A stretch of 20,283 bases of DNA, taken from Trichoplax adhaerens (lineage: Eukaryota; Animalia; Placozoa). The notes beneath the pieces are model-generated. The model ran no database searches and was not told the DNA's origin. It saw nothing but the letters and a program-made list of their open reading frames with translations. Numbering within the stretch: position 1 is the stretch's first letter; each line of letters opens with the position of its first letter. Of this stretch, positions 1-7,958 are shown piece after piece. The DNA lies in contig NW_002061028.1 in NCBI RefSeq assembly GCF_000150275.1, forward strand, positions 1-20,283, given 5' to 3'. A program made the translations under genes and the position numbers.

Positions 1-221
1 ATCTTCAATAATTGGAATATTAAATTCTTTATTTATTTTATTTGTAAGCGCTAAAATAAGCGCATCTAGGCAAATATAAAAATAAGTGGTAGAACAAAAG
101 CCTTAAAAAATAAAGACTAAAGATGCTATTAGAAAAAAAGAAAAGATTCGAAATATTATTGAATTGTTAATACAGGTAATATATAATTTTAGAAGTAAAA
201 TTTAAGAAATTAATTATCAAT

Positions 222-506
222 ATGGATGATTTTATAAATACTGAGTTAGATTATATTGAATCTCATGAAAATCAATTTAATATTTCCGTAACTTTAAGTC
301 ATTTAGAGAGTGAAGGTGATACTAATTCTACAAATAATAGCATATTACCAATTTTAGCTTCTATAGGAGCTATCTCTATAGTACTAGGGTGCTCTTGTGC
401 TGTAGGATATTACTGGTATATAAATGGCGTTGATATTAGTAAGTTGCCATTACCGTATAATAAATATTTTGAACGTAGTAAATTTAATTATAATGAAGTC
501 ATATAA
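222..506 (+). CDS. Hypothetical single-pass membrane protein (94 aa)
   Basis: ATG-started ORF with an acidic N-terminus and one hydrophobic stretch (ILPILASIGAISIVLGCSCAVGYYW). No family recognised. Confidence 0.5.
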   Translation: MDDFINTELDYIESHENQFNISVTLSHLESEGDTNSTNNSILPILASIGAISIVLGCSCAVGYYWYINGVDISKLPLPYNKYFERSKFNYNEVI

Positions 507-577
507 CCCTATGTCAGACTTATTTTTAAACACAAGTTTTGTAAATAGCAGCAATTTTTGTTATTTAGGTAATCAGC

Positions 578-904
578 TTAAGATAATGCATTAGTACCTA
601 TTTGCTTAATGAGTGTTTGTATTTGCTTGCCACTTATATAACCAAATCCACCAAAATTTACATTGATACCACCACATCCTACATCTATTGACGGCAAGTC
701 TAAGCTTATTAGTTGTAGATCACTCATTGGTGTTCTTGCATATAAACTACCACCTGTTGCGTAATTCCCCAATTGATCTTGCCATATCTCTGGTCGATTG
801 TAATTTGAACTCATCCCAAGCTTCCCTAATAAACCTGATTTTGCATTTACAATGGCAGGCTGAAATGTTATAATTGTTATCAATATAATAATGTATTTAA
901 ACAA
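578..904 (-). pseudogene. traH: F-type conjugal transfer protein TraH, N-terminal fragment (~108 aa, 3'-truncated)
   Basis: Signal-peptide-like LFKYIIILITIITFQPAIVNA is followed by TraH motifs Q.GNYATGGSLYARTP and PSIDVGCGGINVNFGGFGYIS. Likely TTG start at 904. Ends after NALS and the downstream sequence is no longer TraH-like. The ORF-track extension to 1303 is just the antisense of the DUF1640 gene. Confidence 0.8.
846..874 (+). promoter_or_regulatory. Candidate sigma70 promoter for the DUF1640 gene, located inside traH on the opposite strand
   Basis: TTTACA (846-851), 17-bp spacer, TATAAT (869-874), with TG at 866-867 giving an extended -10. Confidence 0.5.
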
Positions 905-916
905 TATTCTTTTATA

Positions 917-1252
917 ATGAGTAGATTTATGCACTACAAAACTTTTGACACACATAAATATATAAAGAGTCTTCAAGAAACTGGATTTAATGAGCAACAA
1001 GCTGAAGTACTTGTAAAATCTCTTCTTGAATCTAGAGATTTTGATCTCTCTATTCTTGCTACTCGTGAACAAGTATCTGATGTTAAAAAAGAGATCGTTC
1101 AGCTTGATAATAAATTGAGTAAAGAGATTTCTTCTACTCGTGAACAAATTTCTGATGTTAGAGGGGATATTAAGCAAATTAAAGTAGATATGCTGAAATG
1201 GATTGTTCCTATATTTATCACCATTCTTATTGCAATTTTTTTCAAACGATAA
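917..1252 (+). CDS. DUF1640/CCDC90-like coiled-coil membrane-anchored protein
   Basis: Head motif FDTHKYIKSLQETGFNEQQAE, ATREQ neck, coiled coil, and C-terminal TM helix (MLKWIVPIFITILIAIFFKR). Internal 27-bp duplication at 1059-1085 and 1134-1160. Confidence 0.8.
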   Translation: MSRFMHYKTFDTHKYIKSLQETGFNEQQAEVLVKSLLESRDFDLSILATREQVSDVKKEIVQLDNKLSKEISSTREQISDVRGDIKQIKVDMLKWIVPIFITILIAIFFKR

Positions 1253-1299
1253 AATATGAAAAAACCTGATGATTTGGTAACTCGGGAAGACCTTGAGTT

Positions 1300-2303
1300 T
1301 CAAACACAGCAGCTAAGAGCTACGTTAATTTGAAAATCACCGAAAAATTTGCTGATTTTTATTTTTATATATTTAAAGTTCTTGCATTCATTGCAACAAT
1401 TGGCTTGCTTATTATTTTTATAAAACTTCTTTAATCTTTCCATTACAACCTCNNNNNNNNNNNNNNNNNNNNNNNNNNNNNNNNNNNNNNNNNNNNNNNN
1501 NNNNNNNNNNNNNNNNNNNNNNNNNNNNNNNNNNNNNNNNNNNNNNNNNNNNNNNNNNNNNNNNNNNNNNNNNNNNNNNNNNNNNNNNNNNNNNNNNNNN
1601 NNNNNNNNNNNNNNNNNNNNNNNNNNNNNNNNNNNNNNNNNNNNNNNNNNNNNNNNNNNNNNNNNNNNNNNNNNNNNNNNNNNNNNNNNNNNNNNNNNNN
1701 NNNNNNNNNNNNNNNNNNNNNNNNNNNNNNNNNNNNNNNNNNNNNNNNNNNNNNNNNNNNNNNNNNNNNNNNNNNNNNNNNNNNNNNNNNNNNNNNNNNN
1801 NNNNNNNNNNNNNNNNNNNNNNNNNNNNNNNNNNNNNNNNNNNNNNNNNNNNNNNNNNNNNNNNNNNNNNNNNNNNNNNNNNNNNNNNNNNNNNNNNNNN
1901 NNNNNNNNNNNNNNNNNNNNNNNNNNNNNNNNNNNNNNNNNNNNNNNNNNNNNNNNNNNNNNNNNNNNNNNNNNNNNNNNNNNNNNNNTTAAACTAGGAT
2001 CAACAAGAAGTGCATCTTGCCAATTAGTTGTAACCACATCAGCTNTGGCAAACATCTCATTNTGATATCTGATAAACTTTATTGTGTTATCAACACTTGG
2101 GCGCATTATCATTGCTGCTTNTGCTTCGTCCAAATCTTCACTGAATTGCTTTAGTTCTTCTGTTGCTGTTTGCATTTGATTTGATTTTTTATTTATTTCT
2201 CGCTCTTCTTTATTCAAAACAGGCTTAGCCTGTTGCTCAAACCAAAACCAACCTCTTTTACTTCCTTTATAAAAATCTCCGTATGCAAAGGCTTCTCCCT
2301 TTA
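1300..2303 (-). pseudogene. traF: F-type conjugal transfer protein TraF, 5'-truncated by the Tn3 element and spanning the assembly gap
   Basis: The frame stays open upstream of 2217 to the transposon end: KGEAFAYGDFYKGSKRGWFWFEQQ...AAMIMRPSVDNTIKFIRY...NWQDALLVDPSL, matching the TraF N-terminal GWFW and P..N motifs. It lies upstream of traH, as in F-type operons. Confidence 0.7.
1453..1988. other. Scaffold gap (N run)
   Basis: Continuous N bases, with scattered single Ns just downstream indicating low-quality sequence. Confidence 1.
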
Positions 2304-2509
2304 AGGGAACTATGAACTTTTAGGTTAAAAAGTGGTCTAAGGCTATAGATATGATAATAAGAGAGGTTCAAAGGTTGTATTTAATGGTTTCTGTAAAATT
2401 CATTCAGTAAAAAGACATGTTTTAGGATCATCCAAATTTTCTGCATACTCCAATATACCGATACTCATATTTTATAACTTTCTGATAAAAGGTTATTTTA
2501 TTGAAAGAG
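2304..2509 (+). repeat. Left extended terminal inverted repeat (206 bp)
   Basis: Aligns without gaps to the reverse complement of 6207-6412. First 50 bp identical; 21 mismatches over 206 bp by manual count. Confidence 0.95.
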
Positions 2510-2565
2510 CGAATATTTCTTTTAATTTTATAATTTTCAAACATTAACTTTCCGTAAAATAATTA

Positions 2566-5457
2566 TTAGAGTATCATACTTTTATTAATATTGTACTCTC
2601 CATATAATACAACATTTTCCCATCCAATTGGACTTATATGTTTAATCATTGAGAGATCTACCCATTCTGGGATATCACTCTCCCTTAAAATTCGACTCAT
2701 CTCATTTGCTTGCCAATATATTATACAGGCCATTATTAAAGTTAAACAGTTACAACTATTTCTTTGTGCTATTAAATCACGTCCTGTAATCTTACCTTGA
2801 TTACCATAATTTATATCTCTTGCTAATTGATGCATTTCTTCTCCCTTCAATAAATCTTCATTTCTTTTTTTTCGTATTTCTGGGTCAACCATGCTTTTTA
2901 ATGTATTTGCTGTTTTAAATATACGGCCTAATTGTAAATTAGCTTTATAAAATTCATTTTTTGAGTTAAATGACAATAGCTTTCTCATTGCAAGAGATGC
3001 ACTAACATGCCCTGTAGATATAGAGGCATAAAAATGTGCCATTCTATCCCATTGATTGACTATACTTGTCATATCTATTGTACTTTCTTTATGAGTCAAT
3101 AGTGGACTCAAACTTTTATAATTTCTATTATTATCTATTTTAAATATATTATGATTTTGTATTCCTCTTATTCTTGGATTAAATTTACTTCCAATAAATG
3201 CAAAAGCAGAGAATGTTATTGCACCTGCTGCTGCCGTATCTGTAAAATGTTCTTCCAAAGGCAAATCACTTTCGTTATATAGCTTACCATCTAACACATG
3301 AGCTCCCTCACTTTCATAACATTGAATTGGCTTACTTAAAAATGGCGCATAATTGTCAGCAACAAAAGTATAAAATTTTAAAGCAAATTCTCCTAGCTTT
3401 ACACTAAACTCTTGCTGTAAAACTTTCTCTTTAAAGGTTACTAAATGGCTATCACTACTAGACCTCTTACCTTCTCCCCAATTCTTTGTAATATTTAATT
3501 TTGATATTGCATTTACTATCCATGCCAGTGCTGTTCTTAATGCTTCATCAGTTAATTGCCAATCTGTAATTCTCTTCATATAATCATATGATACATCGCT
3601 TACTAATTGAGCCATAGTATAAATACCTATATTACATCCATGGGCCATTATAGTTAATATAAGACCACATATATCTTCTTTAATTCTTAAGTTTTCTTGA
3701 TTGGGTAGCATAAATGCTTCTGTAAATTGTAATTTATTATCTACTTCTACTAATAAATCAGGTAATTTGATGCTTCTCAAATTACTTTCAATTAAATTTT
3801 TTAAAAATGTTAAGGATTCTTGTTGTTTTTTTGTTAATTGCTCCCCAGGATCACGTTTTAACTCCCACTTACCATCCACTATTCTAGCATGTTTATTACC
3901 TTTCTCTCCTATAAAATAGGTATCATAAGCTTGACCTAAATAGTTAGTTAAAAAAGCCTCAGCATTTCTCGCATTTGATGGAAGCTTATTGTTATGAAAA
4001 AATTCTGTCATATAGTTTTTCCAGATATATTCAGGCATAAAAAACCTATCGAAAGAACTAAACCTTTTTCCATTTTCTAGAACTAAATTGTTATGTTTTA
4101 AATCTTCTTTGATTTTAAATAATAATGCGCATTCCCAAGCTCTTCTATCTATTTTTCCATTTGTAATTACAAATTTCTTTATTCCCTTTGATATAAACTT
4201 AGTTGGAATATCTTTTGGCAATTGACGTTTTTTCTTTTTGTTTAAATTTTTTAAAATCTCTATTGCCTTTAGTATATCTGATTTACTTCCTTCTTCTAAT
4301 TTTATTTCTAAGCTTTCTACTAATTTAGGAGTAAATTGCCTAAAATATCCATACTTTTCTACAAATAAATTAAATGCATGCCTATATTTCCCTGCTAATA
4401 ATAATTCTAAGTTATCTTTTTTAATTAGCTCTGCTTTAAATTTTTTATATAAAACTGTTCTTAATTCAATATCTGGTACAGTTTCATCTCTTACTACTTC
4501 CTTTATTTTTGAATAATTTTCTAGAGCTTTCCTTATTTCTTTTTCGTTTTGTGTTACTTTTAGTTTAATAATTTTATCTGCTCTTTTATAACTAGAAGAA
4601 AGTAATTTTATGCAAGACTCTGCTAAAAAATCATTATTATCTTTGTAACTTTGGTGTAAGAAGCATACAATTGCTGCATACCTGTATAAAGGATCTATTC
4701 TCCTTAATCTTGTAATTGAATATGACTTAACTTCTCTTGTTAATATTTTTTGATAATTATTATTGATCATACTTACATCAATAGATAATGCTCCAGTACT
4801 CCTTATATATTCTAATTTCTCTAATAAATTAAGAATTCCGTTTACAGATGCTCGATATGGAGGTTTCTTTAAAAACTCTAATTTAGATATTGTGCTTTGG
4901 CTTTCTAATAATAAATTTAGATTATCAATAATTTCTAAAGATAATTTTTGTTGTACATTGTCAAAAATAGCCTTTCTTGCTCTTTGCCTTTCTCCTGATA
5001 TTATCTTTGATAATCTAATCTCTGTTGGTGACAATATTCTATTCTTTTTTAAATACAATATTGTTTTGCTCTTTAGTAAGCTTTTTGCTTCTAATCTTAA
5101 AGCTTCATTATATACATATTCTTTAGTTTTTACTTCATTTTCTGTATCAAATTTACTAATACATAAATAATTTGTAATCTCTTGTTGATGTTCTATGATT
5201 TTAAATCTGTTTCTAGAATATTTTTCAATTTTATCTGCATCTACCTTAATTTGTAGGCCTACAAACGTTACTATTTCTTCTATAACCTCAAAAGGTGCTA
5301 TTTTAGGAAAGTAATTAAATAATTTTACAAAGGCTACCTGATAACCAAATCCTAATTTATTATAATCATTCCTGCATCTATTAACAGCTTGTATATCAGT
5401 GTTCTTTAATGTGCCATATTCTACAAGACTTTGCTGTGAAAAATTTTTATCAGCCAT
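2566..5457 (-). CDS. tnpA: Tn3-family transposase (963 aa)
   Basis: DUF4158-like N-terminus (NKLGFGYQVAFVK). Motifs IDRRAWECA, LPDLLVEVD, WGEGKRSSSD, HFTDT, KGEEMHQLAR and HISPIGWENV. The D-D-E catalytic triad appears intact. Confidence 0.97.
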   Translation of the reverse strand: MADKNFSQQSLVEYGTLKNTDIQAVNRCRNDYNKLGFGYQVAFVKLFNYFPKIAPFEVIEEIVTFVGLQIKVDADKIEKYSRNRFKIIEHQQEITNYLCISKFDTENEVKTKEYVYNEALRLEAKSLLKSKTILYLKKNRILSPTEIRLSKIISGERQRARKAIFDNVQQKLSLEIIDNLNLLLESQSTISKLEFLKKPPYRASVNGILNLLEKLEYIRSTGALSIDVSMINNNYQKILTREVKSYSITRLRRIDPLYRYAAIVCFLHQSYKDNNDFLAESCIKLLSSSYKRADKIIKLKVTQNEKEIRKALENYSKIKEVVRDETVPDIELRTVLYKKFKAELIKKDNLELLLAGKYRHAFNLFVEKYGYFRQFTPKLVESLEIKLEEGSKSDILKAIEILKNLNKKKKRQLPKDIPTKFISKGIKKFVITNGKIDRRAWECALLFKIKEDLKHNNLVLENGKRFSSFDRFFMPEYIWKNYMTEFFHNNKLPSNARNAEAFLTNYLGQAYDTYFIGEKGNKHARIVDGKWELKRDPGEQLTKKQQESLTFLKNLIESNLRSIKLPDLLVEVDNKLQFTEAFMLPNQENLRIKEDICGLILTIMAHGCNIGIYTMAQLVSDVSYDYMKRITDWQLTDEALRTALAWIVNAISKLNITKNWGEGKRSSSDSHLVTFKEKVLQQEFSVKLGEFALKFYTFVADNYAPFLSKPIQCYESEGAHVLDGKLYNESDLPLEEHFTDTAAAGAITFSAFAFIGSKFNPRIRGIQNHNIFKIDNNRNYKSLSPLLTHKESTIDMTSIVNQWDRMAHFYASISTGHVSASLAMRKLLSFNSKNEFYKANLQLGRIFKTANTLKSMVDPEIRKKRNEDLLKGEEMHQLARDINYGNQGKITGRDLIAQRNSCNCLTLIMACIIYWQANEMSRILRESDIPEWVDLSMIKHISPIGWENVVLYGEYNINKSMIL

Positions 5458-6026
5458 TAATCATTCCAAAACTTTGTAAATTTTGTAGGTAGAATTTCAG
5501 TATATCTTACTGTATGCCTTATATTTTTATGCCCAAGATATTGTTGTATACTACGTGTATCATGCGATGCATTTGCTAATTTAAAACCAGTGGAATGTCT
5601 TAGCATATGGGGATGAATCGATAATTCTATTCCTGCATTCTCACCAGCTCTAGTTAATATTTTGCTAAATGTTGATGTAGTAAGAGGACTTTTTCTTTCT
5701 GAAACAAAAACATACTGAGTTTCTGGATACTCTCTTTTTACTTTCCTTAATGCCCTTAACTCAGGACCAAATAATGGATGTGCACTATCTATACCATTCT
5801 TTAATCTATTTATCTGTATAGTACCTATATTGAAATTTATTTGTTGCCATTTTAAAGTTAATAATTCTCCTACTCTGAGTCCATGCCTATAAGCCATTAA
5901 AATCATTGTTGCATCTCGATTTTTATGACGTCCTATATTTTTAGCTGCTGTAATTATTTTTTCTATCTCATCTTCTGTTAAATATTCACGCGCTCTTCTA
6001 TCTTTATTTTTAGGCTTTTTTAGCAT
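5457..6026 (-). CDS. FimB/FimE-like tyrosine recombinase (189 aa), probable cointegrate resolvase
   Basis: REYLT, RDATMILMAYRHGLRVGEL, RLKNG, HPHMLRHSTG, IQQYLGHKNIRHTVRYT give a complete R-K-H-R-H-Y catalytic set with no N-terminal core-binding domain. Its stop overlaps the tnpA start (TAATG). Confidence 0.93.
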   Translation of the reverse strand: MLKKPKNKDRRAREYLTEDEIEKIITAAKNIGRHKNRDATMILMAYRHGLRVGELLTLKWQQINFNIGTIQINRLKNGIDSAHPLFGPELRALRKVKREYPETQYVFVSERKSPLTTSTFSKILTRAGENAGIELSIHPHMLRHSTGFKLANASHDTRSIQQYLGHKNIRHTVRYTEILPTKFTKFWND

Positions 6027-6132
6027 AAGTTGTATAATGTTTATTTAATATTTATATCTTTCAGTAAAAAGGACATTGAGTCTAATTAACATTAGGATCT
6101 TTATCATAGCACTTGTCAAGTGAAAAATTTTT

Positions 6133-6166
6133 AACATTCAATAAAAGGTACCATTTACTGAATGTT
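6133..6166. promoter_or_regulatory. Putative tyrosine-recombinase core site (13-8-13)
   Basis: AACATTCAATAAA-AGGTACCA-TTTACTGAATGTT; the arms are inverted repeats with 1 mismatch. Located upstream of the recombinase gene. Confidence 0.7.
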
Positions 6167-6206
6167 TTTTATTGTAAATTTACATACTATAGGTAGTATT
6201 TTTAGC

Positions 6207-6412
6207 CTCTTTCAGTAAAAGAAACTTTTATCAGAAAGTTATAAAATATAAGCATCGGTAAATTGGGATGTACAGATAATTTGGATTATCCTAAAGCATG
6301 TCTTTTTACTGAATATATTTTACAGAAATCATTAAATACAACCTTTACATCTCTCTTATTCCCATATCTATAGCCTTAGACCACTTTTTAACCTAAAAGT
6401 TCATAGTTCCCT
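6207..6412 (-). repeat. Right extended terminal inverted repeat (206 bp)
   Basis: Reverse complement of 2304-2509 at about 90% identity. Confidence 0.95.
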
Positions 6413-6666
6413 TATTACAAAAATTAAGAAAAATATGAAGAACTGTTTGATGCATGTTAAGGATAAATTGATGCTTAAAAAGCGGTCATTGGTAGAAACC
6501 ATCTTCTCTTCAATGAAATGCTTGCAAACCCTAATTCACTCTAGACATAGGTCGCCTATCAACGCTTTCTCTCATCTTTTCGCTGGGTTAATAAATTATC
6601 AACTTAGATCAGATAAGCCTGCTATTGATAAAAATCTATTCATCATTTCTTAAATGCAGCTCGGGT
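6413..6666 (+). mobile_element. IS982-family 3' remnant (transposase C-terminus + right IR)
   Basis: ITKIKKNMKN..DKLMLKKRSLVETIF..HSRHRSPINAF is the IS982 C-terminal signature. The end reads 5'-ACCCGAGCTGCATTTAAG on the minus strand. Cut off at its 5' side by the Tn3 end. Confidence 0.85.
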
Positions 6667-6770
6667 TTATTTTAATTATTCATTATACAAATATAATCAC
6701 TTTTAAACATTTAATCTTTTAGCTGTTCATACTTTTATACATTAAACCTTTTATATGGTTGCATTTTCTT
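6413..6770 (+). repeat. 358-bp segment duplicated in inverted orientation at 19033-19390
   Basis: Appears identical to the reverse complement of 19033-19390; includes the IS982 end plus 104 bp of non-IS flank. Confidence 0.95.
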
Positions 6771-6923
6771 CTTTACACTTAATCTATTAGTGTCTAATTC
6801 CCCAAATCTAGCTCCGAGAAGTATCATTTTAATTATTCATCATATAAAAGTGATTACTTTTAAACATTTTGCCTTTTAAGTGCATGAACTTTTTAAGGTT
6901 AAATGTCTTTACTTTTAAAAGTA
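6700..6923. repeat. Centromere-like (parS/parC) array upstream of parA
   Basis: CTTTTA starts at 6700, 6716, 6732 and 6748, and CTTTT(A/T) at 6857, 6873 and 6889 (exact 16-bp period, two diverged blocks). Palindrome TACTTTTAAAAGTA at 6910-6923. Confidence 0.6.
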
Positions 6924-6936
6924 TATGTACTATAAT
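6908..6936 (+). promoter_or_regulatory. Candidate par operon promoter
   Basis: TTTACT (6908-6913), 17 bp, TATAAT (6931-6936); overlapped by the 14-bp palindrome. Confidence 0.5.
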
Positions 6937-6957
6937 GGTCAATAAAAAAGTCTGAAT

Positions 6958-7596
6958 ATGATTATTTCTCTTTTAAATCAAAAAGGTGGGGTAGGTAAAA
7001 CTACTTTGTCTATAAACATCGCAGGAGCTCTATCAGAAGAAGGTAATAAAGTTTTATTAATTGATGCAGATCCACAAGGAAGCGCATTAGACTGGGCAAC
7101 TAAAAGAAAAGCTGATTTGATTTTTAATTCTATAGCTATTAATAAACCCATAATACATAAGGAAATAAATGCTTTTGTTAAAGCTTATGATCACATCATT
7201 ATAGATGGACCACCTAGAGTTTATGATGTTGCAAGATCAGCAATAGCAGCAAGCAATCTGATTTTAATTCCTGTTCAAACATCTCCGTATGATGTATGGG
7301 CAGCATCTGAAATTGTAGATCAAATTAAAGAAGTAGCAGAACCTCTTTCAGAAATAAGAAAAATTAAGAGAGCTTTTTTAATAAATAGAAAAATAAAAAA
7401 TACTGCTATTGGTAGAGATGTAGCTGAATCACTAAGTAGTTATAACATAGATGTTCTTAATACTCATATACATTCAAGAATCATTTATGCTGAATCAGCA
7501 GCAGTAGGTTTATGTGTGCATGAATCTGAAAACGACCAAGCAAAAACTGAAATAAAATGCCTTGTTAAAGAAATTTTAACAAAATATGACAGGTAG
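6958..7596 (+). CDS. parA: ParA/ParF-type partition ATPase (type Ib)
   Basis: Deviant Walker A KGGVGKTT, LIDADPQGS and IIIDGPP; 212 aa with no N-terminal HTH. Confidence 0.95.
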   Translation: MIISLLNQKGGVGKTTLSINIAGALSEEGNKVLLIDADPQGSALDWATKRKADLIFNSIAINKPIIHKEINAFVKAYDHIIIDGPPRVYDVARSAIAASNLILIPVQTSPYDVWAASEIVDQIKEVAEPLSEIRKIKRAFLINRKIKNTAIGRDVAESLSSYNIDVLNTHIHSRIIYAESAAVGLCVHESENDQAKTEIKCLVKEILTKYDR

Positions 7597-7599
7597 TTT

Positions 7600-7839
7600 A
7601 TGGCAAAAAAGATAATAATAGATCAAAAACCTAGTATTAAAAGTACTGATATGATAGATCAGTGGGTTGAGAGTGGATCAATAAATAAAATTAAAAATGA
7701 TGATAAATCAAGGAAACAGAAGAAAATAACGATTTCTGTAAGCGAAGAATTGCACAAAAAAATAAAGTTATATTGTGCTCATAATGATATAAAAATCAAA
7801 GACCAAATTATAGAAATCTTAGAAAAAGAATTCCCATAA
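7600..7839 (+). CDS. ParG-like ribbon-helix-helix centromere-binding protein
   Basis: Starts 3 bp after parA; flexible N-terminus then KKITISVSEELHKKIKLYCA, a beta-alpha-alpha RHH pattern. Confidence 0.8.
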   Translation: MAKKIIIDQKPSIKSTDMIDQWVESGSINKIKNDDKSRKQKKITISVSEELHKKIKLYCAHNDIKIKDQIIEILEKEFP

Positions 7840-7958
7840 TATATATCAAAGTGTAACTATTATATTTATTTGTATAATTTATATACAAAAGTGAAAAAAG
7901 GTTTGACTTTCTTTATATCAAGGTGTAATGATTCTTATATATAATATTTAAACTATAT

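Larger units (their letters stand above)
2304..6412 (-). mobile_element. Tn3-family transposon (tyrosine recombinase + tnpA) with long terminal inverted repeats
   Basis: Both ends carry the 38-bp IR AGGGAACTATGAACTTTTAGGTTAAAAAGTGGTCTAAG (2304-2341 and 6375-6412), ending in the Tn3-typical TAAG. It encloses tnpA and a recombinase. The 5-bp flanks CTTTA and TATTA do not form a TSD. Confidence 0.93.

Noticed and set aside
905-1303. N-terminal extension of the 241-aa minus-strand ORF
   Set aside because: Antisense shadow of the DUF1640 gene; TraH similarity and the signal peptide begin near 904.
1300-2217. 305-aa ORF length as given in the track
   Set aside because: Mostly N gap; frame continuity across the gap cannot be verified.
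2591-5170. Plus-strand ORFs within tnpA (2591, 3701, 4238, 4763) and the copy at 19719
   Set aside because: Antisense shadows of a well-supported gene, with no recognisable motifs.
6110-6122. Palindrome CACTTGTCAAGTG containing a minus-strand TTGACA
   Set aside because: Plausible promoter or operator, but the hexamer 17 bp downstream (CCTAAT) is weak, so no promoter was called.
2299-6417. Target-site duplication for Tn copy 1
   Set aside because: CTTTA vs TATTA do not match, and the flanks belong to different genes (traF vs IS982).
6884-6903. ATGAACTTTTTAAGGTTAAA resembles the Tn IR segment ATGAACTTTTAGGTTAAA
   Set aside because: Needs a 2-bp gap, lacks both the AGGG and TAAG ends, and falls in register with the 16-bp array; probably chance in AT-rich DNA.
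6056-6923. CRISPR-like interpretation of the spaced repeats
   Set aside because: The repeats are short, degenerate and partly inverted, and no cas genes are present.
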